Shown here piece after piece: positions 55,460 to 64,000 of a stretch of DNA of 64,000 bases. Both the position numbers and the translations under genes were made by a program. How positions within the stretch are numbered: position 1 is the stretch's first letter; every line of letters begins with the position of its first letter. The notes beneath the pieces were generated by a model. It worked only from the letters and a program-made list of their open reading frames with translations, was not told the origin of the DNA and did no database searches. Source of the DNA: Mesoaciditoga sp. (GTDB taxonomy: Bacteria > Thermotogota > Thermotogae > Mesoaciditogales > Mesoaciditogaceae); the NCBI GenBank assembly GCA_015491995.1, contig WGFY01000041.1, forward strand, positions 32,518 to 96,517, given 5' to 3'.

Positions 55460-55771
55460 GTGAAAGGAAGGATAAAAGCTCACCCGATTCTTGAATTCAA
55501 GAGAGAAAAACGTGTGAAGTTTTACTTTGAAGATCGGGAAATAGAAGCTTATGAAGGGGAAACAGTTGCCGCAGCACTTCATGCTGCAGGTATAAGGGTA
55601 CTCAGATATACTTCGCACAGAAACAGACCAGCTGGACTTTTCTGTGCGATAGGAAAATGCTCTTCTTGTCTCATGAAAATAAATGGAGTGCCAAATGTAC
55701 GTTCCTGTATGACAAAGGTTAGCGATGGTATGAAAGTTAGAAGGCAAAAAGAGAAAGGTGATGTGTTGTGA
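55460..55771 (+). CDS. Small 2Fe-2S protein (Fer2_4 / HcnA / sarcosine-oxidase-alpha N-terminal type)
   Basis: GTG 55460 follows RBS GGAGGA. Sequence GETVAAALHAAGIR..FCAIGKCSSCLMKINGVPNVRSC. Confidence 0.8.
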   Translation: MKGRIKAHPILEFKREKRVKFYFEDREIEAYEGETVAAALHAAGIRVLRYTSHRNRPAGLFCAIGKCSSCLMKINGVPNVRSCMTKVSDGMKVRRQKEKGDVL

Positions 55772-57570
55772 AATTCTATGAAACCATCGTGATAGGTAGT
55801 GGACCTGCCGGTATGGTGGGAGCAACGATCCTTGGTCAACACGGTGTCAAAACACTTTTGTTAGATGAAAACGATTTTATTGGTGGTCAGCTTGTAAAAC
55901 AAACACACAAATTTTTTGGTGATCATGCGCATTACGCATCGTTGAGAGGATTTGAAATAGCCCAAAAATTGCAAGACGGTATATCTTCAAATTCAAATGT
56001 AGAAGTTGAAAACGCTGCAACTGTCATGGGAATATATCCAAACAACACAGTTACTTACATTCAAAATGGTAAGAAATGCAAAGCTTATGGCAAGAAGTTA
56101 CTGATCACGACAGGTGCCATGGAAAAACAATTGCCTTTTGTGAACTCAGATCTCCCTGGTGTGTACGGAGCTGGTGCCATACAAACGTTGATGAACGAAT
56201 ATGGGATAATGCCTGGAAGTAGATTCATGATCATAGGATCGGGTAACATTGGGTTGATACTTGCTTACCAATTGATACAGGCAGGTGCGAAAGTTAGGGC
56301 CATCGTGGAAGCACTTGGAAAGATCGGTGGATACGCCGTTCATGCTAACAAAATTAAAAGGCTTGGTGTTCCTATACTGCTGAATCACACGATTGTAAAG
56401 GCAATAGGTGACAAAAGCGTTTCGGGAGCTGTCATTGCCGAGATAGACGATAAATTCAAGCCAATCACAGGTACCGAAAGAGAGCTGGTAGTGGATACGA
56501 TTGCCATATCCGTTGGCCTTACTCCCCTCACGGAATTATCTGAACAGGCTGGGTGCAAAGTTGAATTCATTCCTGAGCTTGGTGGATACGTTCCCATAAG
56601 AAATGAGAGAATGAAAACAACAAATCCGGACGTATTCATAGCCGGAGATCTTGCGTCAATTGAAGAAGCAACGACCGCCATGATAGAAGGAAAGATAGCT
56701 TCTTTGGAAATGGTGCAAGAGCTAACTGGCAAAGATCTTGAGAAAGAGATCGAAAACGAGATTACGATATTGGCTCTTTTCAGAAGCGGCCCTAAATCCG
56801 TAAAAATAAGATCAGGTTTGGAAAAAATGGGAATAAAAAACCTGGCAATTTCAAAGCCACGAATTAACGAGCCAAAAGAAGATATCGTTGGAAAATTGAG
56901 AGCAGTTTTGGAATGTGATGAAGAAATACCATGTAATTCTTGCGAGGTTTCTTGCCCATTTGGGGCCATTTACATAGGTGAAAACCTAAACAGCACTCCT
57001 GTTTTAGATCCTGATAAGTGTACCGGTTGTGGAACTTGCGTGAACGCATGCCCAGGTCTTGCGATTTTCATGTTGAAAGAAGATGTAGAAAATCGAATGG
57101 CACTTGTTGGCATTCCATATGAACTCCTTCCCTTACCTGTAAAGGGGCAAAAGATGTGGGCCATGAACAAGAACGGGGATTACGTATGTGATGTAACAGT
57201 TGAAAGAGTTGTGAAATACCCAAATAAGACTCATCTCGTTTACGCCAAAATTCCGATCGAATTTTCACAATCTGTAAGGCATTTTTCTTTCATAAAAAAA
57301 GAAAGCCCCATAATCTGTCGTTGTGAAGAAGTCACATTGGACGAAATAGAGAATACCATTGACAGTGGAATCACTGATTTCGAGGAACTAAAAAGATTAA
57401 CACGTGTTACTATGGGACCTTGTGGAGGAAAAAATTGCAAACTCGTCGTCTTGGGCATTCTCTCAAGAAAGACAGGAGTATCAATTTCGAATTTGTCTCA
57501 AGGTACTTCACGTCCTCCTGTGAAACCCGTAGAATTTTCCGCTTTTTTGAAATGTGGTGATGACAAATGA
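55768..57570 (+). CDS. FAD/NAD(P)-binding oxidoreductase with internal 2x[4Fe-4S] ferredoxin and BFD-like 2Fe-2S motifs (HcnB / OoxA / proline dehydrogenase alpha-like)
   Basis: 600 aa. GSGPAG and GSGNIG Rossmann motifs, CNSCEVSCP and CTGCGTCVNACP, CRCE..GPCGGKNC. GTGA overlap with the upstream gene. Confidence 0.85.
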   Translation: MKFYETIVIGSGPAGMVGATILGQHGVKTLLLDENDFIGGQLVKQTHKFFGDHAHYASLRGFEIAQKLQDGISSNSNVEVENAATVMGIYPNNTVTYIQNGKKCKAYGKKLLITTGAMEKQLPFVNSDLPGVYGAGAIQTLMNEYGIMPGSRFMIIGSGNIGLILAYQLIQAGAKVRAIVEALGKIGGYAVHANKIKRLGVPILLNHTIVKAIGDKSVSGAVIAEIDDKFKPITGTERELVVDTIAISVGLTPLTELSEQAGCKVEFIPELGGYVPIRNERMKTTNPDVFIAGDLASIEEATTAMIEGKIASLEMVQELTGKDLEKEIENEITILALFRSGPKSVKIRSGLEKMGIKNLAISKPRINEPKEDIVGKLRAVLECDEEIPCNSCEVSCPFGAIYIGENLNSTPVLDPDKCTGCGTCVNACPGLAIFMLKEDVENRMALVGIPYELLPLPVKGQKMWAMNKNGDYVCDVTVERVVKYPNKTHLVYAKIPIEFSQSVRHFSFIKKESPIICRCEEVTLDEIENTIDSGITDFEELKRLTRVTMGPCGGKNCKLVVLGILSRKTGVSISNLSQGTSRPPVKPVEFSAFLKCGDDK

Positions 57571-58709
57571 TATCCAACGCATCGGTTGTCATAATAGGTG
57601 GAGGGATAATAGGTACATCGATCGCATTCAACCTTGCAAAATTGGGAGTCAAAGATATATCCGTATTTGAAAAATCCTACATATCTTCCGGATCGACAGG
57701 AAGGTGTGGTGGAGGAATAAGACAGCAATGGACCTCACCGATGAACGTTCGACTTGCAATGAGAAGTGTTGAACTATTCAGGAGATTTCGTGAAGATATC
57801 GGCATGGACATTGAATATCACGAAGGTGGATACTTACTGCTTGCATATTCAGATGAGGAAATGGGAGAGTTTGAGAGCAACGTTAAAATGCAAAATCAAG
57901 AAGGTTTGAGCGTTCAACTGGTATCTCCTGGTGAAATAAAGGAAAAATTCCCTTTTATGAATTTAGAAAGGGTTGTTGGCGGGACATGGTGTCCAAGCGA
58001 TAGCCATGCCAATCCACAAATTGCAAACATAGCGTATGCCATAGCGATAAAACGTATGGGAGTGGATCTGAACACTCATACCGCAGTTGATGGAATAGAC
58101 ATCCAAAACGGCGAAATTGTGGGTGTGCAAACAGATAAAGGTTATGTTAAGACGAACACGGTGATCAACGCTGCAGGTGGTTTTTCACATGAGGTTGGTC
58201 TGATGGCGAATATGGATATTCCCACGCATAGCGAAAGGCATCAGATTCTCGTCACGGAAAGCATCAACCACGTGCTCGAGCCGATGGTGATCAGCTTCAA
58301 AAAGAATTATTACGTTCGACAAACAATGCACGGCTCATTCGTCATGGGTCAAAGTGATAAAAAGCCAGCCCAAGGAAATGATCTTGGCCATAGTGTAGAA
58401 TTTTTAGAAGAAATGGCACCAAAAATGGTTCATGACTTTCCGTTTATGACTCATCTTCACATCGTAAGGCAATGGTCTGGGGCATACAACATCTCTCCAG
58501 ATGCACAGCCCATAATAGACACTGCGGAAAGTATATCAAGATACATCTTTGCCGTTGGATTTAGCGGTCATGGTTTCATGTTGGCTCCTGCCGCTGGTGA
58601 GGCTGTTGCCGAAATGGTGGTGTATGGTCGTTCAAAAACGATGGATGTCAGCAATTTGAATATGCGAAGGTTTAAAAGGCAAATCAAGAGTGAAAAAAAC
58701 GTCGTGTAA
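57567..58709 (+). CDS. DAO-family FAD-dependent oxidoreductase (sarcosine oxidase beta / HcnC / proline dehydrogenase beta-like)
   Basis: 380 aa. VVIIGGGIIGTSIAFNL. ATGA overlap with the upstream gene. Confidence 0.85.
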   Translation: MISNASVVIIGGGIIGTSIAFNLAKLGVKDISVFEKSYISSGSTGRCGGGIRQQWTSPMNVRLAMRSVELFRRFREDIGMDIEYHEGGYLLLAYSDEEMGEFESNVKMQNQEGLSVQLVSPGEIKEKFPFMNLERVVGGTWCPSDSHANPQIANIAYAIAIKRMGVDLNTHTAVDGIDIQNGEIVGVQTDKGYVKTNTVINAAGGFSHEVGLMANMDIPTHSERHQILVTESINHVLEPMVISFKKNYYVRQTMHGSFVMGQSDKKPAQGNDLGHSVEFLEEMAPKMVHDFPFMTHLHIVRQWSGAYNISPDAQPIIDTAESISRYIFAVGFSGHGFMLAPAAGEAVAEMVVYGRSKTMDVSNLNMRRFKRQIKSEKNVV

Positions 58710-58735
58710 AAAATACAAAAAGTGAGGTGTTTTCT

Positions 58736-60622
58736 ATGAAAGGGATACATGGAAAAATACTTTGGATCGACCTTTCGACAAAAAAATTTGAAGTTAAAAG
58801 GCTGTCGAATGATATTTATGAGAAATATCTTGGTGGTTTAGGTCTAGCAAGCAAACTGCTTTTTGATATAGCCAAACCTGAAATAGATCCTCTTTCTTCA
58901 GAGAACCCTTTAATTGTTGCACCAGGTTTTCTAATTGGCACAGGCTTGCCAACGGCTTCCAAGACCACTGTCACCTTCAAATCCCCGGAAACCAACGCAT
59001 TCGGTCGAAGCATAAGCGGAGCTTATATGGGAGTGGCTTTAAAAAAGGCTGGCTTTGACGCTCTTGTGATCGTCAAAAGAAGTGAAAAACCTGTCTATCT
59101 TCTTATAGAAGACGATAAGGTGGAGATAAGAAACGCATCTAAGCTCTGGGGAAAAGGCACGTACGAAACGCAAGAAATATTAAGAGATGAACTTGGTAAA
59201 GATTTCAGGACATGCGCCATAGGACCTGCCGGAGAAAGGCTTTCAAAGATAGCCGATATAGATTTCGAAGATAGGCAATCCGCCAGAGCTGGTGGAGGAG
59301 CTGTGATGGGAAGTAAGTTGCTTAAAGCAATTGCACTAAAAGGTACAAACAAAATGGAATATGCAAATAAAGAGATTTTACGAGAAGAGATAATTAAATG
59401 GAATGGAATAATAAACAAGTCAGAAGCAAAAAAATTGGACATGGCCTATGGTTCGGCAGAATTTTTCGACTGGGTTAACAAAGAGAGAGGAGTCTTTCCG
59501 GTGAAAAACTGGAATGAGAGTTTTTTCGAAGAGAGCTTTAACTCTCATGAAGACGGAAGATCTCCGCTTGATCCTTACTATTGGTCACCTAAATACACGG
59601 AAAAGCTTCATCCTTGTCCCAGCTGTACAAAACCATGTGGCAGATACGTTTCCATAAAGGATGGAAAGTACGCTGGAACGCGTGTTGAAGGTGTTGAATA
59701 TGAGCTGTTATATTCTCTCGGCGGAGATCTTGGAATAGACAACATAGAGGTAACTCTGAAGCTCACAGAAATTTGTGATAGAAGCGGAGTGGATGGTATT
59801 TCGGCGGGTGTTACGATCGCATGGGCAATGGAAGCTTATGAAAAGGGCCTACTAAGCGAAGATGATACCGATGGAATCGATCTGAAGTTTGGAAATGAGG
59901 AAGCGGCAATCTCGGCGATGGAAAGACTCGTGAAGCGCGAAGGAAAACTTGGAAAATTGTTGGCAGATGGTGAAAGAATCGCCGCTCAAAAATTGGGTAA
60001 AGAATCTGATAAATTCACGACAGAAGTTAAAGGACTCGAAATGCCAGCATATGATGTCAGAGGATTGAAGGGAATGGCACTTGCCGAGGCCGTATCTGTA
60101 AGAGGAGCATGCCATTTAACAGGTGGCATATACGCACCCGAATTGACAGGGGCATTTTGGAAGATGAGTGACGTAGATAGATTTTCAACGGAGTGGAAAG
60201 GCTTTGAAGTAAAAACGGGTGAAGACTTCATGACCGTTTACGATACTCTTGGCATGTGTAAATTTTCAAGAGGGCTTTTTTTCATAGAAGGGCTTCTTGA
60301 TGGTATAGAAGCGGTGACGGGCAACAAGTACAGCGTTGATGACATGATGGTAATTGGAGAAAGAATATACAACCTTGAAAGGTTGTTCAACATACGTGAA
60401 GGGTTATCCAGAAAAGATGATTCTCTTCCATACAGAGTAAAACACGATCCAATTCAAAATGGTGTTTCTAAGGGAAGTTACGTCAGTGAAGAAGAGCTTC
60501 AAGACATGCTTGATCAATACTATCAGGTTCGTGGATGGTCTAAAAACGGAGTGCCAACGAAAATGCAACTGTTCAAGCTTGGCTTGGAAGAAGAAGCTGA
60601 AGAGTTTGGATCAAGCATCTGA
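58736..60622 (+). CDS. Aldehyde:ferredoxin oxidoreductase family (tungstopterin) enzyme
   Basis: MKGIHGKILWIDLS.., 4Fe-4S ligands CPSCTKPC plus DTLGMC. ATG 58736 follows RBS GTGAGGTG. Confidence 0.92.
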   Translation: MKGIHGKILWIDLSTKKFEVKRLSNDIYEKYLGGLGLASKLLFDIAKPEIDPLSSENPLIVAPGFLIGTGLPTASKTTVTFKSPETNAFGRSISGAYMGVALKKAGFDALVIVKRSEKPVYLLIEDDKVEIRNASKLWGKGTYETQEILRDELGKDFRTCAIGPAGERLSKIADIDFEDRQSARAGGGAVMGSKLLKAIALKGTNKMEYANKEILREEIIKWNGIINKSEAKKLDMAYGSAEFFDWVNKERGVFPVKNWNESFFEESFNSHEDGRSPLDPYYWSPKYTEKLHPCPSCTKPCGRYVSIKDGKYAGTRVEGVEYELLYSLGGDLGIDNIEVTLKLTEICDRSGVDGISAGVTIAWAMEAYEKGLLSEDDTDGIDLKFGNEEAAISAMERLVKREGKLGKLLADGERIAAQKLGKESDKFTTEVKGLEMPAYDVRGLKGMALAEAVSVRGACHLTGGIYAPELTGAFWKMSDVDRFSTEWKGFEVKTGEDFMTVYDTLGMCKFSRGLFFIEGLLDGIEAVTGNKYSVDDMMVIGERIYNLERLFNIREGLSRKDDSLPYRVKHDPIQNGVSKGSYVSEEELQDMLDQYYQVRGWSKNGVPTKMQLFKLGLEEEAEEFGSSI

Positions 60623-60698
60623 TTTTAGCAAAGAAAAGGGGTGCCTTTTTGATAAGAATTAAAAAAGAAAAAATCATCACTAAAAAAGGTGGAAAACG

Positions 60699-61577
60699 TT
60701 GAAAGCTGGGTTTGTATGCCTTGTAGGGGCACCTAATGTCGGAAAATCCACGATCGTCAACTCAATTATGGGAAAAAAAGTGTCGATAGTTTCTGACAAA
60801 CCACAGACAACACGAAACAGGATAAATGTCATATTCAATTTTGATGATGCTCAGGTGGTCTTTGTCGATACTCCAGGTATACACAAAGCAGTTCGCAAAC
60901 TTGGAAACTACCTTGTAAAAATTGCGATAAAATCCCTCGAAGGGAACGATTTGATATTGTTTGTGATCTCTTCAGATAGAATAGGAAAATCCGATGAGAT
61001 GGTAGCACAAAGGATCGAAAGCTCCAAGATGCCCTTTATAGGCGTTGTGAATAAAACCGATTTGCATAATCCAGTAAATGTTGAAAGGGCAGAAAAAATT
61101 TTCAAATCCATGGGCAATTGCATTGAGATCGTACATGTCTCTGCCTTGAAAGGAAAAGGAATAGGAGAGCTCGTTAAAAAGATATACGAAAACATTCCGC
61201 AATCTTCGTACTATTATCCATCGGATATGTCAACCGATAAACCTTTAACCTTTATGATAAGCGAAATCGTGAGGGAGAAAATATTCAACTTTACCTATCA
61301 AGAACTTCCATATTCAAGTACGGTTGGAGTGGATTATATGGAAGAGAAACCTGATTTGACAAAGATATGGGCAACCATTTTGGTGGAAAGAGACTCACAG
61401 AAACCTATTCTTTTGGGTAAGGGTGGGAAGATGATAAAGAAGATTGGAACCCTTGCACGTAAAGACATAGAAACTCTTCTCGATGAACATGTGTTTCTTT
61501 CATTGCACGTTAAAGTCAAACCTAAATGGTCAGAAAACGAAAGAACGTTGAATGAAATTTTCAAAGATGAATTTTAA
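60699..61577 (+). CDS. era: GTPase Era
   Basis: 292 aa. G1 GAPNVGKST, G3 DTPG, G4 NKTD, C-terminal KH domain. TTG start after AGGTGGA. Confidence 0.95.
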   Translation: MKAGFVCLVGAPNVGKSTIVNSIMGKKVSIVSDKPQTTRNRINVIFNFDDAQVVFVDTPGIHKAVRKLGNYLVKIAIKSLEGNDLILFVISSDRIGKSDEMVAQRIESSKMPFIGVVNKTDLHNPVNVERAEKIFKSMGNCIEIVHVSALKGKGIGELVKKIYENIPQSSYYYPSDMSTDKPLTFMISEIVREKIFNFTYQELPYSSTVGVDYMEEKPDLTKIWATILVERDSQKPILLGKGGKMIKKIGTLARKDIETLLDEHVFLSLHVKVKPKWSENERTLNEIFKDEF

Positions 61578-61582
61578 AAGGG

Positions 61583-63358
61583 GTGGGTAATTTGAAAACT
61601 GGCGCCGAAAACATCATTTGGAAGTTGAACGATCTTTACAGTTCGCAAGAAAATTTGAAAGAGGATGCAGACATCTTGATAAAAAAAAGCAAGAATTTTC
61701 ACGAAAAATATCATGATACGAAGAGCCTTTTTAAGGATCCAAATACTTCACTCGAAGCTGTAAAAGAATTGGAAAAAATATATTCAAAAATGTCTCGAAT
61801 TTCACAATACGTAAGCTTGAAATTCTCTGAAAACACCTCATCACAAAAAACAAAAAAACTTCTCTCCTTTGTTGAAAACACGGAAAATGAAATCGAATCC
61901 AACTTGCTCTTCATCCAAATTGCCTTTTCAAAAATGAACGATACGGAATTCAAAAAGATCATCGATAAGCTCTCTGACTATCGGCACTTTGTGGAATCCG
62001 CAAGAAGATTTAGAAATCATACACTTTCCGAACGTGAAGAGCAGATCATCGTTCACAAAGATTCAACAGGCTCCAACGCTTTTGTAAGATTTTACATCCA
62101 ATTAACATCAAAGTACGCGTTTAAGATGGAAATGGATGGGAAGGTTCAAAACATAAATGTCTCTCAACTTAGATCTCTAAGAATGCATCCAGATGCCACA
62201 ATAAGGGAAAAAACATCCTCAAAACTTTTCAAACGGTACAAAAAAGATGCCTTAAGTATTGAAACTGCATACAACTCTGTTGCCAAAGATTACGATTTCG
62301 AAGCGAAATTAAGGAATTATCTCACTCCAAACAGCATGCGAAATCTTCAAAATGAGGTTGACGATTCAGTTGTTGATACGCTTGTCGAGACAACCACGAA
62401 AAACAACTTACTCGTGAATAAATACTACAAACTGAAAGCAAAATTCATGAACGTTGAAAAGTTAAAATTGAGCGATGCATACGCCCCGATTGGAAAAAGT
62501 CACAAAAATTTCACATGGGAAGAGGCCAAAGAATTTGTTAGAAAGTCTTTTTACTCTTTTCATCCCACATTTGGAAAGATCGCGGATGAATTTTTTGACA
62601 ACAATTGGATCCACGCTGCGCTAAAGCCAGCAAAGAGTGGGGGAGCCTTTTGTTCCTATGCAGATCCACAGCATCACCCATATGTTCTGGTAAATTTTAC
62701 GGGACAAATAAAAGACGTCATAGCGCTTGGCCATGAATTGGGACATGGTGTTCATGGATATCTTTCCAGAAAGCAGAATATCTTGCAATATCATACACCG
62801 TTGACCATGGCAGAAACCGCATCAACATTTGCCGAAATGCTGCTCATGGATCACTTCCTTAAAATTTTACCAAGCGAAGAGGTGATACCTTTTGTTTCTT
62901 CAAAAACAGAAGATCTGTTTGCGACCATGAACAGGCAAAACATGTTCACAAGATTTGAACGCTTTGCACATGAAAGAATATCAAAAGAAGGTGCGTCTTT
63001 TGAAGAACTTTCGGATATATACGAAAAAGAACTTCATATCATGTTTGGAGACTCGCTTTCGTACAATCCTGAATATCGTTGGGAATGGTCAAGTGTTCCA
63101 CACTTTTTCCACACGCCATTCTACTGTTATGCCTATGATTTCGCACAATTAATGGTTCTATCGCTTTATCAAAGGTACAAAGAAGGAATGCCGAATTTTA
63201 AAGAAAAATATGTTAAGTTGTTGGAAGCAGGTGGTTCAGATTCACCACAAAATTTGCTCAAACCATTCGGGATAGATCTTAAAGATCCCAACTTTTGGCA
63301 AGGAGGGTTCGAATTCGTGGATACAACCCTCATAAAAAGATTGGAAGACAGCTTGTGA
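61583..63358 (+). CDS. pepF: Oligoendopeptidase F (M3B family)
   Basis: HELGHGVH zinc motif. The start may be TTG 61592, 4 nt after AAGGGGTGGG. Confidence 0.9.
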   Translation: MGNLKTGAENIIWKLNDLYSSQENLKEDADILIKKSKNFHEKYHDTKSLFKDPNTSLEAVKELEKIYSKMSRISQYVSLKFSENTSSQKTKKLLSFVENTENEIESNLLFIQIAFSKMNDTEFKKIIDKLSDYRHFVESARRFRNHTLSEREEQIIVHKDSTGSNAFVRFYIQLTSKYAFKMEMDGKVQNINVSQLRSLRMHPDATIREKTSSKLFKRYKKDALSIETAYNSVAKDYDFEAKLRNYLTPNSMRNLQNEVDDSVVDTLVETTTKNNLLVNKYYKLKAKFMNVEKLKLSDAYAPIGKSHKNFTWEEAKEFVRKSFYSFHPTFGKIADEFFDNNWIHAALKPAKSGGAFCSYADPQHHPYVLVNFTGQIKDVIALGHELGHGVHGYLSRKQNILQYHTPLTMAETASTFAEMLLMDHFLKILPSEEVIPFVSSKTEDLFATMNRQNMFTRFERFAHERISKEGASFEELSDIYEKELHIMFGDSLSYNPEYRWEWSSVPHFFHTPFYCYAYDFAQLMVLSLYQRYKEGMPNFKEKYVKLLEAGGSDSPQNLLKPFGIDLKDPNFWQGGFEFVDTTLIKRLEDSL

Positions 63359-64000
63359 AAATCTTGATCGCCCAATCAGGAGGTCCCACAGCTGTGATAA
63401 ACGCCTCACTTGTTGAAGCGGTAAAACGTGGTCGCGAATTGGGATATGAAGTATTTGGAGGACTTTATGGGATAGAAGGTGTTCTTCAGTCCAAGATCGT
63501 ACCCATGAATCAAAATGATGAAGTTCTTGAAAAAATATCCCACATGCCGGGGGCTTTTTTAGGATCGTGTAGGCACAAACTTCCGGACTACCAAGGTGAA
63601 GAATACAACGTGCTGTTCAAAGTGTTGGAAAAAAACAAGATCGATGCTCTCCTATACATAGGTGGAAATGATTCCATGGATGCCGTCTTAAAAGTACATA
63701 ACGAAGCGAGAAGAAGAAAGGTTCCAATCATTGTCAACGGCATTCCGAAAACAATTGACAATGATTTGGTTGAAACTGATCATTGCCCTGGTTTTGCAAG
63801 CAGCGCCAAGTTCTTGAACACGATCGCTTCTGAATTCGTCGTTGATTCGTTGACATATCCAAATCCTCCAATTTGTGTTATGGAGACGATGGGAAGGGAC
63901 ACAGGATGGTTGGCAGCATCGTTGAAATTTTCAGAACATCTTGTGAAAGGTTTAAAAGTCTTAACTTATTTGCCGGAGTTTCCCGTCTCCGCCGAAGAAA
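63355..64000 (+). CDS. Phosphofructokinase, 3' end cut by window edge; signature residues suggest the PPi-dependent type
   Basis: Not in the ORF track because there is no stop inside the window. My translation from GTG 63355 is VKILIAQSGGPTAVINAS..IGGNDSMD..GIPKTIDNDL..METMGRDTGW, open to nt 64000. GTGA overlap with the pepF stop. Confidence 0.85.
   Translation, partial: MKILIAQSGGPTAVINASLVEAVKRGRELGYEVFGGLYGIEGVLQSKIVPMNQNDEVLEKISHMPGAFLGSCRHKLPDYQGEEYNVLFKVLEKNKIDALLYIGGNDSMDAVLKVHNEARRRKVPIIVNGIPKTIDNDLVETDHCPGFASSAKFLNTIASEFVVDSLTYPNPPICVMETMGRDTGWLAASLKFSEHLVKGLKVLTYLPEFPVSAEE

Noticed and set aside
50233-60622. Idea that the LacI/ABC importer and the amine dehydrogenase/AOR cluster form one pathway for glycated amines (Amadori or opine compounds).
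   Set aside because: The binding protein looks like a trehalose/maltose-binding protein. A ~196-nt gap separates the permease gene from the radical SAM gene. Nothing links the two sets beyond proximity.
1-64000. Scan for CRISPR arrays, IS elements or transposases, integrases, phage genes, toxin-antitoxin pairs, restriction-modification or other defence systems, inteins and group II introns.
   Set aside because: I saw no direct-repeat/spacer array, no transposase- or integrase-like ORF, no terminal inverted repeats, and no defence-type domains. Gene content is housekeeping or metabolic.

Overview
AT-rich bacterial chromosome segment, almost all of it densely packed core genome. I read it as a Thermotogota genome (Thermotoga/Fervidobacterium/Thermosipho type). 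This is inferred from a 353-aa NusG with a large inserted domain, a 1665-aa RpoC with large inserts, several archaeal-type genes, and (from memory) the Thermotoga maritima neighbourhoods bifunctional nuclease next to polyprenyl synthase and cheA-cheW-cheY-fliO-fliP. I did not compute GC content or run any search. Content in order: leuS (5' cut by the window), rex, small accessory genes (HEAT-repeat protein, degenerate patatin, remnant of a solute-binding protein gene, hemerythrin/PAS sensor pair), mobB-mobA, a plsC-nuclease-polyprenyl synthase-envelope protein chain, ybeY-HD hydrolase-phoH (minus strand), the block tRNA-Thr/tRNA-Tyr/rpmG/tRNA-Trp/secE/nusG/rplKAJL/rpoBC, an MFS transporter, lpd, an ECF sigma module, rpsT, a large outer-membrane-type metalloprotease, a GH57 glucanotransferase, RNase G, fliP-fliO-cheY-cheW-cheA, rsmA, tRNA-Ser, a LOG-like gene, gltX, an amidohydrolase, an M32 carboxypeptidase, a LacI regulator with a trehalose/maltose-type ABC importer, a radical SAM / FAD-FeS amine dehydrogenase / tungsten-type AOR cluster, era, pepF and a 3'-truncated phosphofructokinase. 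I found no CRISPR array, IS or transposon, prophage, toxin-antitoxin pair or recognisable defence system. The candidates most worth follow-up are: (1) the translationally coupled HcnABC/proline-dehydrogenase-like complex followed by an aldehyde:ferredoxin oxidoreductase (54.5-60.6 kb); (2) two unrelated lipase-fold proteins that both carry Gly at the nucleophile Ser position, one of them fused to a beta-propeller at the end of a lipid-synthesis gene chain; (3) an 875-aa HExxH protease / PD40 propeller / C-terminal beta-barrel protein; (4) a MobB fused to an Fe-S domain. All functional ideas for these are hypotheses, and most of the window is ordinary housekeeping DNA.
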